Positions 1-13,095 of a stretch of 64,000 nucleotides of DNA are shown piece by piece (positions within the stretch are counted from its first letter, which is position 1; every line of letters starts with the position of its first letter). Made by a program: the position numbers and the translations under genes. The DNA lies in contig CM119371.1 in the NCBI GenBank assembly GCA_051294905.1, positions 3,536,001 through 3,600,000 of the forward strand, given 5' to 3'. Under the pieces are notes generated by a model that worked only from the letters and a program-made list of their open reading frames with translations, did not search any database and was not told the origin of the DNA. Source of the DNA: Botryllus schlosseri (taxonomy: Eukaryota).

Positions 1-321
1 TCTTTGTAACCTTCAACACGAACAAACCAGCAATCATTTTTATTGTGAAGTGCAGGGCTTGTATCAGGCTATATAATAACACCTATTATTTTTTTCAGTA
101 CTTTCCTTGAGTGGAATTTTTTTCGATTCATGTATAAAATTCGTAGGGTGGGGACCGATGATACAGTAGCCAAATCAAGCAAAATAATCAAGCATACTAA
201 TCATAAGACAAATAAAACATGCCTACGTACAGAAAATCTTTATGTACTAATTGCATATGATGTTTTATCGCTATAACGAGGTGTTTGGAAGTCACACTGT
301 CGATTTTCGGGCAATATGCAT

Positions 322-984
322 TAGGGCTCTTCAAAAATGAATTTTTTTCTCAGATCGTACTGGCTACTTGATAAAATTGTTAGGTTACCTGATTTAAGCC
401 TACACACAAAATTTGGTTCAATTCCAGCCAGTAACCGCTTTGCTACAGGAGAAGAAAGTTTCTATTTATTATATAAAAATAAATAATAAAAAAAATGAAA
501 ATTTTTTGTTCACCCCATGAAAGTGTTAGGCTGTTTATAGAAACGATGCTCACCAAATTTGGTTCAATTCCAACCAGTGAAGGCGGAGTTATTGCCGTCG
601 AAAAATTCGGATTTGAATAAAATAGTATTTACGGTGACCACAACTATAATAAATAAACAAAGAATCGGTCACCGTAAATACTATTTTATTCAAATCCGAA
701 TTTTTCGACGGCAATAACTCCGCTTCCACTCGTTGGAATTGAACCAAATTTGGTGAGCATCGTTTCTATAGACAGCCTAACACTTTCATGGGGTGAACAG
801 AAAATTTTCAAATTTTTTATTATTTATTTTTATATAATAAATAGAAACTTTCTTCTCCTGTAGCAAAGCGGTTACTGGCTGGAATTGAGCCAAATTTTGT
901 GTGTAGGCTTAAATCAGGTAACCTAACAATTTTATCAAGTAGCCTGTACGATTTGAGAAAAAAAGTCATTTTTGAAGAGCCCTA
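322..984. mobile_element. Palindromic (foldback) MITE, hAT-type, TAGGGCTCTTCAAAAATGA termini
   Basis: The whole element is a near-perfect inverted repeat about ~650. Perfect 8-bp TSD ATATGCAT at 314-321 and 985-992. Second near-identical copy at 56302-56968. Confidence 0.92.
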
Positions 985-2094
985 ATATGCATGTACCCTC
1001 AAATTTATAAGTCCGAGCCTAAATCGAAACGTGATTTTATGACAACATTTGAGTTAATATTTATTCTATTTCTTGACGGTTGCGATCAAACATTCTTCTT
1101 TGGCTTACTGTAGCTTAGATTATAATACTGAGCAAGAAAAGTTGTCACATCTGAGGTATTTAGGGTATATGTGTCATAGGTCCCCGGGTCGTGTGCCATT
1201 GGACCCACCGGGTGGGGACCGATGGCACGTTCGAGCAACAAATTTTGAACGTCCATTAATATTTTTTGAAAAGACGGATATTCATGTATATGTGCGCGAT
1301 AGGTAGAGCTTGTATCAAAGTGCTGAGCCAGCAAAAGACTTGCTGTTTTAGGCTGAACATTTTGGGGCCAGCGATCATTTTCCAATTTTTGATCCATCGG
1401 TACCACATCTCCCCTACGTCTTTTACTTTAATACCGGTACGATTTGGCGATTTCAATATCTTTTGACAAAGCATTTAGGGGGTCACGAAATAGCATCATG
1501 TAACGAAGTCATTATATCAACGGGTACGCCCGAAGATGTTTTATTATTATTTAGAGGGCCTATCTATTCCAACACACCTCACTGGATCAGCTCTACCGGT
1601 AAATCTGATTATGTGAGCAGGGAGAGGATAAAAATTGATAGCAATATATATATGCAATTCCCGATCATATTGACCGATGCAATCATGAATGATAGAAATT
1701 TTTTCGCGCTTCGCGCGTTTGGGGACAGCACTACTAAATGGGCACCTAATGTATATGATAAGTAGTCTAGAGCCGTAGGGGGGTCTGGGGGGCAAAGGCC
1801 CCAGTAGATAGTTTTATCACCCTATTAGAAGGTGGTTGCGCACTGTTGTCCGATGGCCTGCGCAGTGAGTTGGCGTGTTTGCGCAGACTCTTAAAAAATT
1901 AGAGGGAACATTGCATACGTTGTAGGCCTATTTATTCTAGCCGTGGCATATCACATTCCATACTTTTCGCCAGAAACAATCTGCTCCAGCAACACCTTGT
2001 TACTAGAAAGTGCTTCGTGGATCTCACGACAGCGCAGGTCTGGGTTTACTTGGGCCGAAACAGCACTGCACCCCTCACCTCCGTAGGGTGATAA

Positions 2095-2616
2095 ACCAAA
2101 CTTCTTCACCTCGTTGTGATAAGAGGCGTCAACCAAGATGGAAAAATGCCGTACACCAAGTTTATGCAAATTCATTTTTGAGCGCATGGAGCAAGAACTC
2201 CAGTAACAATGCTTGTACTGTTGGTCCTAGCCGGAGAAAACTTATTTGCGACGTTGGAGTCGGGGAATATTGTTTTGAACAATTGCGATTTGCAATCGTT
2301 GGTGAGGAATGATTGCTGGTGTTTGACAGTATGGAATGCCCAGGTACCCTCTGCAGCAGCTGCCTTGTAGTCTGTGGTCGTTGGTGCTGATCGACTTATG
2401 GAAAAATTATTCATAGACTGGCTCAAACTAATCATTATGACACCACTTCTTGTGTTTTGGGGTATCAATGTGAGTTGATATAGCGGTCTTTCTTATGGCC
2501 TGCAGGTTAATATCACAATTGCAGATATTACAATGTGCGAAACCTTTCAAGTTTCGTTAGATACCTTTGAATTCTCTCTCATAATCGTCACGAACAACGA
2601 TTTTGCGCCTGCTCAT
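2095..2616 (-). pseudogene. Degenerate hAT transposase, N-terminal part
   Basis: Minus strand reads MSRRKIVVRDDYEREFKGI*...AHCNICNCDINLQAIRKTAISTHIDTPKH (zinc finger), then AAAEGTWAFHTVKHQQSF..NDC..LFKTIFPDS.VANKFS..RT....TGVLAP, then FSILVDAS (first catalytic D). Stops and frameshifts present. Confidence 0.75.
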
Positions 2617-3183
2617 TTTAACTAACCAGATTTAGCCTTATTAGTAGCTAAAACTATATGCACAAGTGCAATATAATTTAGAAAAATTTATCAATGATAG
2701 CTTTACTACTTTTTACCCAATGTGTCGACTGCACTGCGTCTTTCTTCACTACGCAATAAATGCGGCCTTCCCCACCGCTTGAGCTTATTCTGCTGTATAG
2801 ACCGAACAGCAGGAACCTGGTACTGATGTTAAGTGCTAAAATGACGCGCGCTGCGGTAGCTTGGTGCAGACGAAACTGCTGTACAGTCACTCACTGCCCT
2901 AGCCCTCACCAGTTAGAAGACAAATCTTGTGGTGTGTAAATCACGAGAGTTCCTATCATTTATGATGTCATAAAATCTCAACGTAAAAGCATAATTTTAG
3001 AATATTATGCAACACTACCAGAGAAAAACGATCGAAGTTCTTAAGCGGTTCAAAATAAGACAAAATAAGGACGCAAGTCGAAAATAAGGACATTTCTTAG
3101 AAATAAGGACAGTCGAGTTTTGTAAGACGTGGCCCTTCAAAATAAGGACAAATCTTAGAAATAAGGACGGTATGGCAACCCTG
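2095..3183 (-). mobile_element. Truncated hAT element; one end CAGGGTTGCCATAC with subterminal AAATAAGGAC repeats
   Basis: TIR-like end at 3170-3183, about five AAATAAG(G)AC repeats at 3053-3168, transposase relic adjacent. The other end was not found, so the start coordinate is approximate. Confidence 0.65.
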
Positions 3184-5848
3184 AATATATGGTAGCTTCG
3201 TAAACGGATATGACAGGTTTGCAGTTATTGTGACTAGACTTGACTCGCGTCAATTTATAAAATATGGTGTATAACTCGACTCGATTTGCGGCAAGTTCCA
3301 ATAATATCGAACTTTACTTTTTCTGAGTTGCAATGAAACTCCGTTTCGGCTGCTTGAGTTTTGAGTTATGTGACTTGGTCGAGTCAAACCCAATGACTCG
3401 AGTCATATTCAGCATGTAAGAAATTGACTCTGGTCAAGTCGAGTCACCCACACTCGACGCATTTCTAGCTTCATATGTTTTCCAACTGTGCCACCTCGTG
3501 ACGTGCAGGTATCAGTAGGTTGTGTGTAACGTCGGGAGAAAAGGACAACTCCCAAAGCAGTCGCGCTTGGAACCATTTTGCGGGTACGTTTTCCACTCGT
3601 ACCACAATCTTGCTCATTTCGGTTTCGTATGATTCATCAACGCTGGCTGTCGTACTGACTTTGCCTTGAAACGGAAGTATAGTCGCCGGTGAGGAATATG
3701 TAGATCGAATGTTTTCTCCCCTTCTGCAACCCAGAATTTTGTCACGTTCTCTGTCTTTTCATGCGAGCGCTTGAATATTCCGACGACTTTTACTTGAAAC
3801 TTGGCGGTTTGGGTTCGATTTAACATAGTTTCATTTCCTGTATGTACCTTCTGCTTTGAGAGAAATTTCGCTTTACGCTGTCCTTTGATTTCGAGAGCTT
3901 CCCTAAAAGGTAGGAATTGGTTGTTTTGAACGGAAAAATAGCCCTCGCATCACAGTAACTTGATATATTTTCAAAAATAGCACTGATTATTGGGCTAGGC
4001 ACAATGTGCAAAGGACTCGCATCTGAAATCAGTATTTACTCTACCAATTTGAGTCAACTAGAGAAATTATTCCTCTCCTTACTAGTTGGGGTGTGCGAAA
4101 TCGACTACGTGAGCGATTCGATACTGAATCACATATTAGGCTTCGAGCCCAGTGGAGTATTCAAGTATCACTCATTATGACGAAATACCAGTATGTAAGA
4201 TGTCAAAGTTCATATATATACCTTCTACGCTACTACAAATAATATCATTTATCCACAATACCTATCTCATTGCACTTTGTGACAATGCTGTGGGTTTATG
4301 ATGACTTCAGAAATAGCTTTGTACTAGATGTTCCGTAGGCTCCGATACGGCCAGTCGAGGTTTCAATGCTCCCACAGCAGAAAATACCGCCGAAACTATA
4401 ATTCTCGTTATTCAATTACATTTCATTGGCAAGGAGCGTATAATATCAGCACTCCGAAAATTTCACTACTCGACTCAAATCAATAGATATCTTTATCGAA
4501 GCAGATTAGAATAATCACATCATTGTGCCCAGCCCTACTAACCAATATGTGTTAATTCATTAACTAAATTTATCGTTTCCCTCATATTTCCACTGTGGAA
4601 GCCTTGGAACTGTATTGGTCATTTAACAGTATAAGAAAGCTGTCGTACAAAACTACGTTAGCGGAAAGGAAATATCTGTAAACCCGCAGTATTTGCAATG
4701 AAATAGGCGTTGTCGACAAAAAAACACATTATTTTTAATATGACGTAGAGCTGGCAATATATTATTTGTGGTTGAATGAAAAGTACATATTTGCACTTTC
4801 CTCATGCCCCTATGATGTCATTAGTAAGTTGTTGACTACACGTCTAATATTCGATTCATGGTCAAATCACTCAGCCACTCGATTTTCACAACCCTATCAA
4901 TCAATACTACAAGGAGATTTGTCAGTGGTCATCAACTCTCACAGAACATCATGTTTCAATGATGAGTGACAGTATCGCAAAATCTATTTGGGTGGCCAAC
5001 AAGTTATAAATCACATTAAGAGCGTATTCTTTCACATACTATTTCAGGCTTCACTGAGTATAATATGATTGGCTGGTATGCAGACTTGTACAAGCTACCG
5101 ATCTAGTTAGTTGACGGTCAACTAACAACTGTTTTTTTGGATTAGTTATTGCTGTGGAATTTGAAAAGCGAGTAGATTTAGTTACAGTAGTACATTAAAC
5201 TAACTAGTTGCCAACAACTAGAAAACTCGCGTCATCGTTTGACGTGAATCTTGATCCCGGCGTTTTATTGTGTGATGTTCTTGCAGACATTTCTACCTCA
5301 GAGTTATCACTGCAGCTACTGGCGTGGCTAGGCTTTTAGCAGTTTACAGCCTCCCCATTTCAACTAGGACAAACTACTTCGTGAGGACAGACAGTTCCAA
5401 ACAGAAGTGAAGATAAGTAGTGCAATTCTAACGTTATGTGGGAAAGCACCTAGTTTGCATGATAGGTCAAATTTGTTCAAAATGAGGATTTTTTAGGTCA
5501 AAAATGTTAAAGTTTTGATTTTTTAGATCACAATCTTTGGTTTTTTAGGTAAAAGAATCACCCTAGTCATATCCATCCATGTCATCAAACTCTTCGCTGG
5601 GACTGCCAGCATTCTGATTGCATTTGTGACATGACGATAATGGGGGCGCGAAATTTTTCACTATCAAAAAGGGGGGCGTGTCAAAGAAAATTTGAGAACC
5701 GTTGTTCTAAATCTAATTGAAGTTGCGGGTTTTGCAAAGAGAGTACAGATTTCGGAAATCCAGTAGTTTGTTCAAGTCTGGGTACAGCACCTGAATAGTG
5801 GTTTAAAAGTACGGTAAGCATGAACGAGTCTACCAACGTTTTCCTTAC

Positions 5849-5950
5849 CATTCAGCGAGTCGATACAATTTGCCACTTTGTCGGAAGTAAGGTCTTAAAT
5901 TGGACGAGACCACATCCCTTGAACATGCCAATGGTGGAATTGATGGCGAT
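5849..5950 (-). pseudogene. RBM28: Extra RBM28-like RRM3 exon copy (IAINSTIGMFKGCGLVQFKT)
   Basis: cag/gtaag boundaries. RNP1-like KGCGLVQF, compare RBM28 SKGCAFAQF. Paralogs at ~16016-16085, 28714-28817 and 31923-32012. Confidence 0.65.
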
Positions 5951-6569
5951 CTGAATAGAAGATGTCAAAAATGTGACAGCAACGTAACGAAACATATGAA
6001 TATGTGCAGAAAAATAATGTACTTGCATCTGAGATCTGATGACCATGCGTACAACACACTTGATATAAAAAGGAAGAAATAAGTTTCTCATTAAATTCAA
6101 GGTTTTGATATTTGCCTTCGACTTCCACACACTTGCTACAAACAAACTTTGAATTCATTTTCATGTTTGGATGACGGATATAGAGCAGTGGTCGGCAACC
6201 TCTGGTTCATGATCCCAAGTGGGGTCGCCTTAACTTTTCCTGGCCTCGCCATAACTCAACATATCTATCACTCTTTCAATTCAACAGTGAAAATCTACTA
6301 ATAGTTTTATGTTCTTGTTCTCTGTTCAGTTTAGTTACAGTAAGTAGGCGTGCAGTACTGGCGTTCAATGGACGATGTTCAGTCAGATTGCTTTGTGTCT
6401 GAAGCTAGCTTAAAATTGCTTTCTTCTTATCATATTTGTCAGTTGGTCAAAGTGATACTGAGATGCCAACCATTAAATATTGAGGCAAAGCTATCCATAG
6501 CGGCAAATTTCCACCTCTGATATGCAAGCGTGTTTGTGAAAGCACAGCCTGTCATAGTGGTCTGGCGGA

Positions 6570-7472
6570 CAGTGTTGAAATGACTCGGGTTATGTCTTGA
6601 GTCGAGTCAGACTCGAGTCACCTTTTTTCGCATGACTTGATTTGACTCGAGTCACTTTGCAGAAATGACCTGAGTTGATTCGGCGTTTCACAAATGTGGA
6701 TTAACTAGTGACTGGAAGCAAAATTTACGAGTCAATTTCAAGTCATCAAGAAATTGGTGTTGCTAAAAATCGCGGTATACGTTATAATGTTCGGATTGTT
6801 CTCGATACGTTGTTGTGACTGGTGAGAGCGACAAATCATTCATTCAATCATTTTGCGTTTTACTGAACGCCCATTATTCTATAACAAATATATTGACCAC
6901 TTAGGCTACAGTGTGCGTTGTCGCAGTAGTAAAGTAATATAATAACTACAAGGTCAATGATTGGCCAAAGATTGGTCAATGGTCATTGGTGCTAGGTGAT
7001 AACCTTAACCAAATCTCTTATTTGATCTAGCATTCAGAATTGTATTCGAATATACTTTACAAGTTTATATTACTAGTCAAGCATTGGCGTAAGCATAATT
7101 TATATCTCATGAATAAGTAGTTAGGTAATGCTTCATATCAATTCGTTTCCGCTATCTAAGGTTTTGTGTTCACTATTTTGGCGGATAAATAAATGACTGC
7201 GGGTATACAACATTTACTTCGTTTGACAGTACTATGCATTTGGGAGCTATACAACGCATTTTTCCATGTATATTCATCTTTATATTCACCACTCGGTTTA
7301 AAATAAATGACGACTCAATCTGAATTCCGAACAGCTAGTAACATGCAATGTGATGCCTTGTACTTCGAAAAGACAACTTGACGTGAATTGTGACTTGACT
7401 TGACTCGAGCCAAAATGCGCAATGAATCAATTTGACTCGTGACTCGAAGGTAGTGACTCGATCCCAACACTG
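6570..7472. mobile_element. hAT-type MITE (CAGTGTTG...CAACACTG) with GACTCGAGTC/GACTTGA subterminal repeats
   Basis: TSD-like CTGGCGGA / CTGGCTTA (6/8). The paralogous block at ~33299-33310 lacks the insertion. Related copy at 25030-25596. Confidence 0.75.
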
Positions 7473-7958
7473 CTGGCTTAAGAGAGAGACATGGGATATT
7501 TTGCATCATATACCCATGTCTCAGCAACTACATGATACTACAATAGAGTTGTGCTACACACAGATGGATAGCTTCGCGCAGCATAGAGGCAACTAGAATG
7601 GAACATGGCGGTATTTAAAAATAATTTATTTGCAGATCCATTATGGTAGTTTTCTGAAGAAAATGACTACAACCCAAATTTTCTTCACAATTTTATGTTT
7701 AATTTGATAGCACATCATCTTTAGAGTGCAGTGAACATTGAAAACAATCATTTTGGAATATTTTTGTACCAAAACATTTCTCAATAACCGTTAAACATTT
7801 TTCCCTATCGAAAAACGAAAATGAGGTCGCACGTAAATGCTGGTTTTATTTTCGTTTTAATTGGGGTCACCCATTATAAAGTTGCCGACTGGTGGTCTAG
7901 AGTAGGTCAGCCCCACAATACTGACAATTGTTTTGGCTGAATATTGGACCGCACATAC

Positions 7959-8100
7959 CTGGTCGTACGAGTCCGTCCCTGCCGAGATACAAATTCCTTT
8001 TGTCATCCTCCTTCTTTTGCTCCTTCTGCTGATTTATCATCTTTTCACGTCAGTTCACAGCTTAATTAAGTCGAATCTCATTCCCGTCCAGGTTGTTGCC
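7959..8100 (-). pseudogene. RBM28: Extra RBM28-like exon copy (GNNLDGNEIRLN*...EDDKRNLYLGRDGLVRP)
   Basis: cag|...|gta boundaries. The KRNLYLxRxGL motif is characteristic of RBM28/Nop4. In-frame stops. Paralogs at 14823-14972, 27629-27742 and 33916-34038. Confidence 0.75.
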
Positions 8101-10089
8101 CTGCAATGGTAGTCAAATAGTCGCAAATATGTTTACAGACAGACTTGTACAATAGGGGGGACTTTTTTTCTAATTTCATCGGCTTTATTGTCAAATCGTC
8201 AGGTTACCTTAAAAACCTTGCACAACAAATTTTACTCCATTCCAACCAGTAGATGCCGAGGTCAGTCAAATTGGTCATTTTAATAGTAGTATTTACGGTG
8301 ACCAATTTCGTCATACCGACATGACCCAAAATCATATTCCAGGTATGCCTGAAGAGGCAGGAATTTCTTTTCCACTTGTTTTGATCTTGACAAGGGCCTG
8401 TGGCGGAGTTTGGATGAAGACATCGCCAGTAAACGAAAAAAGATATGACATGGGTTAGCTGGAAATTAGTCCACGTCACTGAAATGGACACGTTAAAAAT
8501 CTATTCATGGTCATCATTCATGGTAGGGGTGATAGGGGTTGAAAGCCTACCCATTCCAACTACAAACCCTTACTTTTAGAAGTGACGATTCTGCATCCAA
8601 TATTTCCTTTCTCGTTAGGGATTCAGTAACTTGTATTATCAGTGCTGCCAATTACCAACAATCGACAGTGCATAGCGGTATGCGATCTGGTTAGTTAGTT
8701 GCAGAGCTATAATGGTCGTGGTTCCAGTTACGCATCTCAAACACCCAGCAGTTTGTAGGAGTCTTTTGGTATATATTATTTTAGGAAGTGGGTAGAGTTT
8801 TATCATTGGCCGAATGATTATGATCAAGTGTTGTAAAGGAAAAATCATACCATAAAATGAAACAGAAAACGAGAAAAGGTAATGTCAAAGTCACAAAATG
8901 TCTGTTTTGCTTGCAGTTTTACCTGTTTTCCAATAAAATTCAACTATGGGCCGCTTGATCGGTACAAAGATGCCAGGATTGTCATCAAAACTTTTTGAAG
9001 CTTTCAAAGCGTGCTCGTGCTTGGTGATGTTGATGAATGCGTATCAGAGCGGTCTTACGACTCCATCTTTGTTGAAAGTCTTCTCGAGAATCCATGATAA
9101 CTGCACCATGTCGATCTTTGAATCGGGACAGGAGAAGCTCCTGAAAACATAATGGAATCACTTTATCGAAGTAAAGTAAACAAGTTAGTCACACAAAACG
9201 GCTACAGAAAAATATAGAACAGCGCTTCTCTGCCTTATCAGCTTGTGTAACGGTAAAATTTCCAAAAATCAATGTCAACACATAATGTAATGACGACAAC
9301 AGCATGCAATTTGAAACCAAGAATCTTAACATTAATCAAACGAGAAATTTGCTACTGTCCGTTTGATATCACACCTGTTATACCAGGTCTCATTGAAGCC
9401 TCTGAGAGACGGGATAAAACCAACAACTTTTGACCATTTGGTGTATTTTGGAAGAAACGCGACCAAATGTTTGCCAGATATATAATACTGTCAAACATCG
9501 CTAATTTGGTATTTTAGAATGTCCTCAAATTTCGGAAACTATTTATGACTCATGACTGGTCCTTAACGAGTTGTAGGCTACTTTCAAACATGGTACAGCA
9601 CTTGAAGCATTGTTCGCTGAAGACTTCCAGGTTAGCATAAGGTATCGCCAGGTTAGAAAATGTTAAGAACCGCTGCTCTAGTCATTTAGTATACTGCCTC
9701 GATGATAGCACTTCATAGAACACACGCATATTTCCGCAGAGAAGTTGTATCCAGTGATAATCAGTTTAACGATAGTCTTGTGTCATAGCTATGAACGGAA
9801 ATTGTTAACATGACGGATCTAATATTCTCAACCGATGCTACTTGTTCGAGATTCTTATGCGAGGACAGTGGTTCTTAACCTTTACTAACCCGGTGAACCG
9901 TTACATTAATCTGAAAGCATTTGGAGAACCCCATATTTTCGGCAAGTCACTAATAAGCTACCAGGTAACACATCTAATACTCCACCGTACTATAGAATAC
10001 AGGTCCACTGAATCAACTTTGCATTACCATCACTGTTGAAGGAAAAAAACATATAACATGATGATCACACAACATATATTACAGTAAAT

Positions 10090-11244
10090 CAGGGGTCGGC
10101 AACCTTTTGCTAGTCGCGGGCCAGATTTCGGGTGTACAACTTTTTGGCGGGCCGGAATTTTTCTTAGTACTATATTTTACGCTCACTTCGGTATATTATC
10201 CTACATTGCTGCAATCTCAATCATACCAATCAGAAGACACATGTATTTACACTTCAACACCACAGAATAAATGTGACAATTGACGCAGCTTGCTTTGTGA
10301 AAGGTTTTCAACTTCTGGTAATAAGTCAGATGAAACAATAATCAGACCCTATTCAAAATGGACGTCTGAAATACGTGATCTTAGCTTGCTCTTAGTGAAT
10401 TTCATTGTTCAAAACTATTGTTCACGTGCGTACGTGCTTCCAAAAATCGATGCAATTTCTTTTGCATTGTTGGTCAAGCTGGGATAAAGTCCAATTTCAA
10501 GAACGTACTCTTACGTTGCGTCCCAATGCCAATCTCCATAACAATGAAAAATTCGGGGCTGATTGTGGGAGTTCCAGGACCACGAGCGGAATAAAATTTA
10601 TATTTTCGTAATCAGTGCAGAGTCAGCTTTCGATTGATACCCGTTTTACCAAATTTAATGCTCGGCAAGCTGGTCAAAAATGACTGTCAAATTGCTTGTA
10701 GCCAAATGAAAATTATGACGTCATATATTTTCACTCAGGCGTGAGATTTGCCTGTGTCAACACCATATAGGACACTATGATTTAACTATATATAGGCTAA
10801 CTAACATACGGATGCTAGTTATCTATAAAGGAACAGTTTGAGATTCTGTCATTGCGTCTGAGATGTTCCAAGCGTTTTTGAAGCAAAAAGGACACCTTCA
10901 TTGTCACACCCCATTAGAGTGGTAAACCCTTTAAAAAAGTATGGAACACCTTCGGTTGCGAGATACACTCGATTGATAAGCACTGATCCAGTCTAGTCTA
11001 TCTCCATCTCCTACTTCAATCCCCTTCGTTTTATGGCGTAACAATAGACTACTACGATGTAGGCTAGCCTACTATTATATCGTAGCAATGCCGCATTATT
11101 TTCATGCAGTGCTGCACTGCAGATTGAAACTCATTATGAAACGGCGGGCCGTATTCTTGTGATAACCAATTATTATGTCGCGGGCCGGACGATTTCGCTT
11201 GGCGGGCCGGATCCGGCCCGCGGGCCGTAGGTTGCCGACCCTTG
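10090..11244 (-). mobile_element. hAT (Charlie/Buster-like) internally deleted element with transposase C-terminal relic
   Basis: TIRs CAGGGGTCGGCAACC / GGTTGCCGACCCTTG. Perfect TSD CAGTAAAT at 10082-10089 and 11245-11252. Minus strand ~10270-10460 reads EIASIFGSTYAREQ*F*TMKFTKSKLRSRISDVHFE...QLSH. Confidence 0.88.
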
Positions 11245-12325
11245 CAGTAAATGATTGAGACTTCTGCTGTATGAGTCTGGTTCAGAATGACTTGGACAAC
11301 TAAATAATTCTTGTTGTTTGATTTCACTAATTGTAGGAAAATGTCGGTAATATAATTCTAACATAATTAGATTAATTATTCTTTGCTGTAATTCTAATCC
11401 AATTTCTTAATTCTAATGTATTTTCTGGTTCATCCAGAATTGCTACAGGAGAACTGTACCGTGCAAAACGAGTCGATAATAGTGTGCAGAGATTTGTCAG
11501 CGTCATGCTTATGAGAATAAGGTCAGAAATGATATGAACTGGACTTCATACCATGTACAAGCTTTTGCAAATTGAGTAATTCTAATTACAATCCAATTTG
11601 GTAAAACTGTGTAACTATGTAACTTGAAGTCTGGTCTTATTTGAAAAAAAAGGTCCAGTTATAATTCGAATTCTAGTCTAATTTGGAGAAGAAAAAAAAT
11701 GTGCAGCTGCAACTCTAATTCTAATCTAATTTCGAAAACCTGAAAATCATGTAGTTGTCCAAGTCTGGCTCATAAAACCCCTGGGGTAATCGTATGAGCC
11801 CTGGTTAGTAGGCACCGCTCCAAGGTAAAATACAAAGCATGCAATCAGTTGTGATTCTGACTTTGTACCGTTCACACTTCTAGGAAGATTGTCATAATAA
11901 AGTCAAGTTGCAGAGAGACATTACGATATTTTCTGTTTGGGCCGTTTTGCATTGTTGATCTTTTAACGTTTCTTCCATTCTATTGCGTTGAGACCTTTCG
12001 CGGCTCGCGTTCCTACACAAAAAAAAACACAGCCGGTCAGTGTCGTCAGCATTGCAATTTACTGCAAGTGTTAATCGGATGTGGCTACTTTCGAAGTAGA
12101 TTCTCGATTAGAGCAAAATGATTCACACAAGACACAGGAAGAATATTGGAAACCATTTTCAACTACAACGACACAGGGGACTGTAACTCGGTAAAATAGG
12201 TGTTTAACCTATCTCAAAACTACTCTGTAGTTTTCAAAATCAAAATGCAAAAGTAAGTACCGTAGTTTGGTTGTTAAGTAGAAATGGAAGTAGTCATAAC
12301 ATAACCAATTTAATTAGTTCCGGTA

Positions 12326-12751
12326 CAGAGATGAGCATGGATTAGGATTAGGTTTTGAAAAAACAGGATTTGTGAAATTTTCTTGGATTTGGATTGGATT
12401 TGGATTATACATTTTTTTCAGAACGGATTAGGATTTGGACTGGATTGACATATTTTCTTGGAGATTGAAATGTTGTGTGGCGAATGGCGACAAACTTTAT
12501 TCAGATCAGTTATTAATGTACTTAAGGTTACTAGGTTATCTTGAATCTAGTGAATAGTTGGTTGTGAAAGAAAATTATCGAATCCCTCCATTGCATAAAT
12601 TAGTATTTTTCTGAATTTCCAGTTGGAATCGGATTAGGATTAGACATGGACTTGAATGTGTAAAATTGATGGATTAGAATTTGGATATGGATTTGAAGGT
12701 TCGGATTTGGATTGGATTAGGACATAGAAATTTCAAATCCGCTCATCTCTG
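12326..12751. mobile_element. hAT-type MITE with GGATTW microrepeats
   Basis: TIR CAGAGATGAGC / GCTCATCTCTG. Flanking direct repeat TCCGGTA. Many GGATT(T/A) units inside. Confidence 0.7.
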
Positions 12752-13095
12752 TCCGGTATACTAAGCAAAATATACTAAAAATTTTAGGAATCAAAATGGA
12801 GTCAAATGCCATCCAAGCGGGAAGCAGTAATCTTCACAGCAAACAAAAACTTCATGTTCACTGAAAATGAGCTTTTAAAGTTGGTATGTAATAGTTGTAA
12901 ATATCAGCTAAAATAGTTGAGAATCACTGGGTGACATGAACTCAAACGGGAACTGTACCGCTCGGATACTATGATGATTAATTATGATAAAAATGTAGGA
13001 GAGTGGGTCTTGGATATAAATGTGTTACATGATACCATGCCATAGACTGCAGGTCTGTCAGATATAATACTATTTTATACATCGATACGCTAGTG

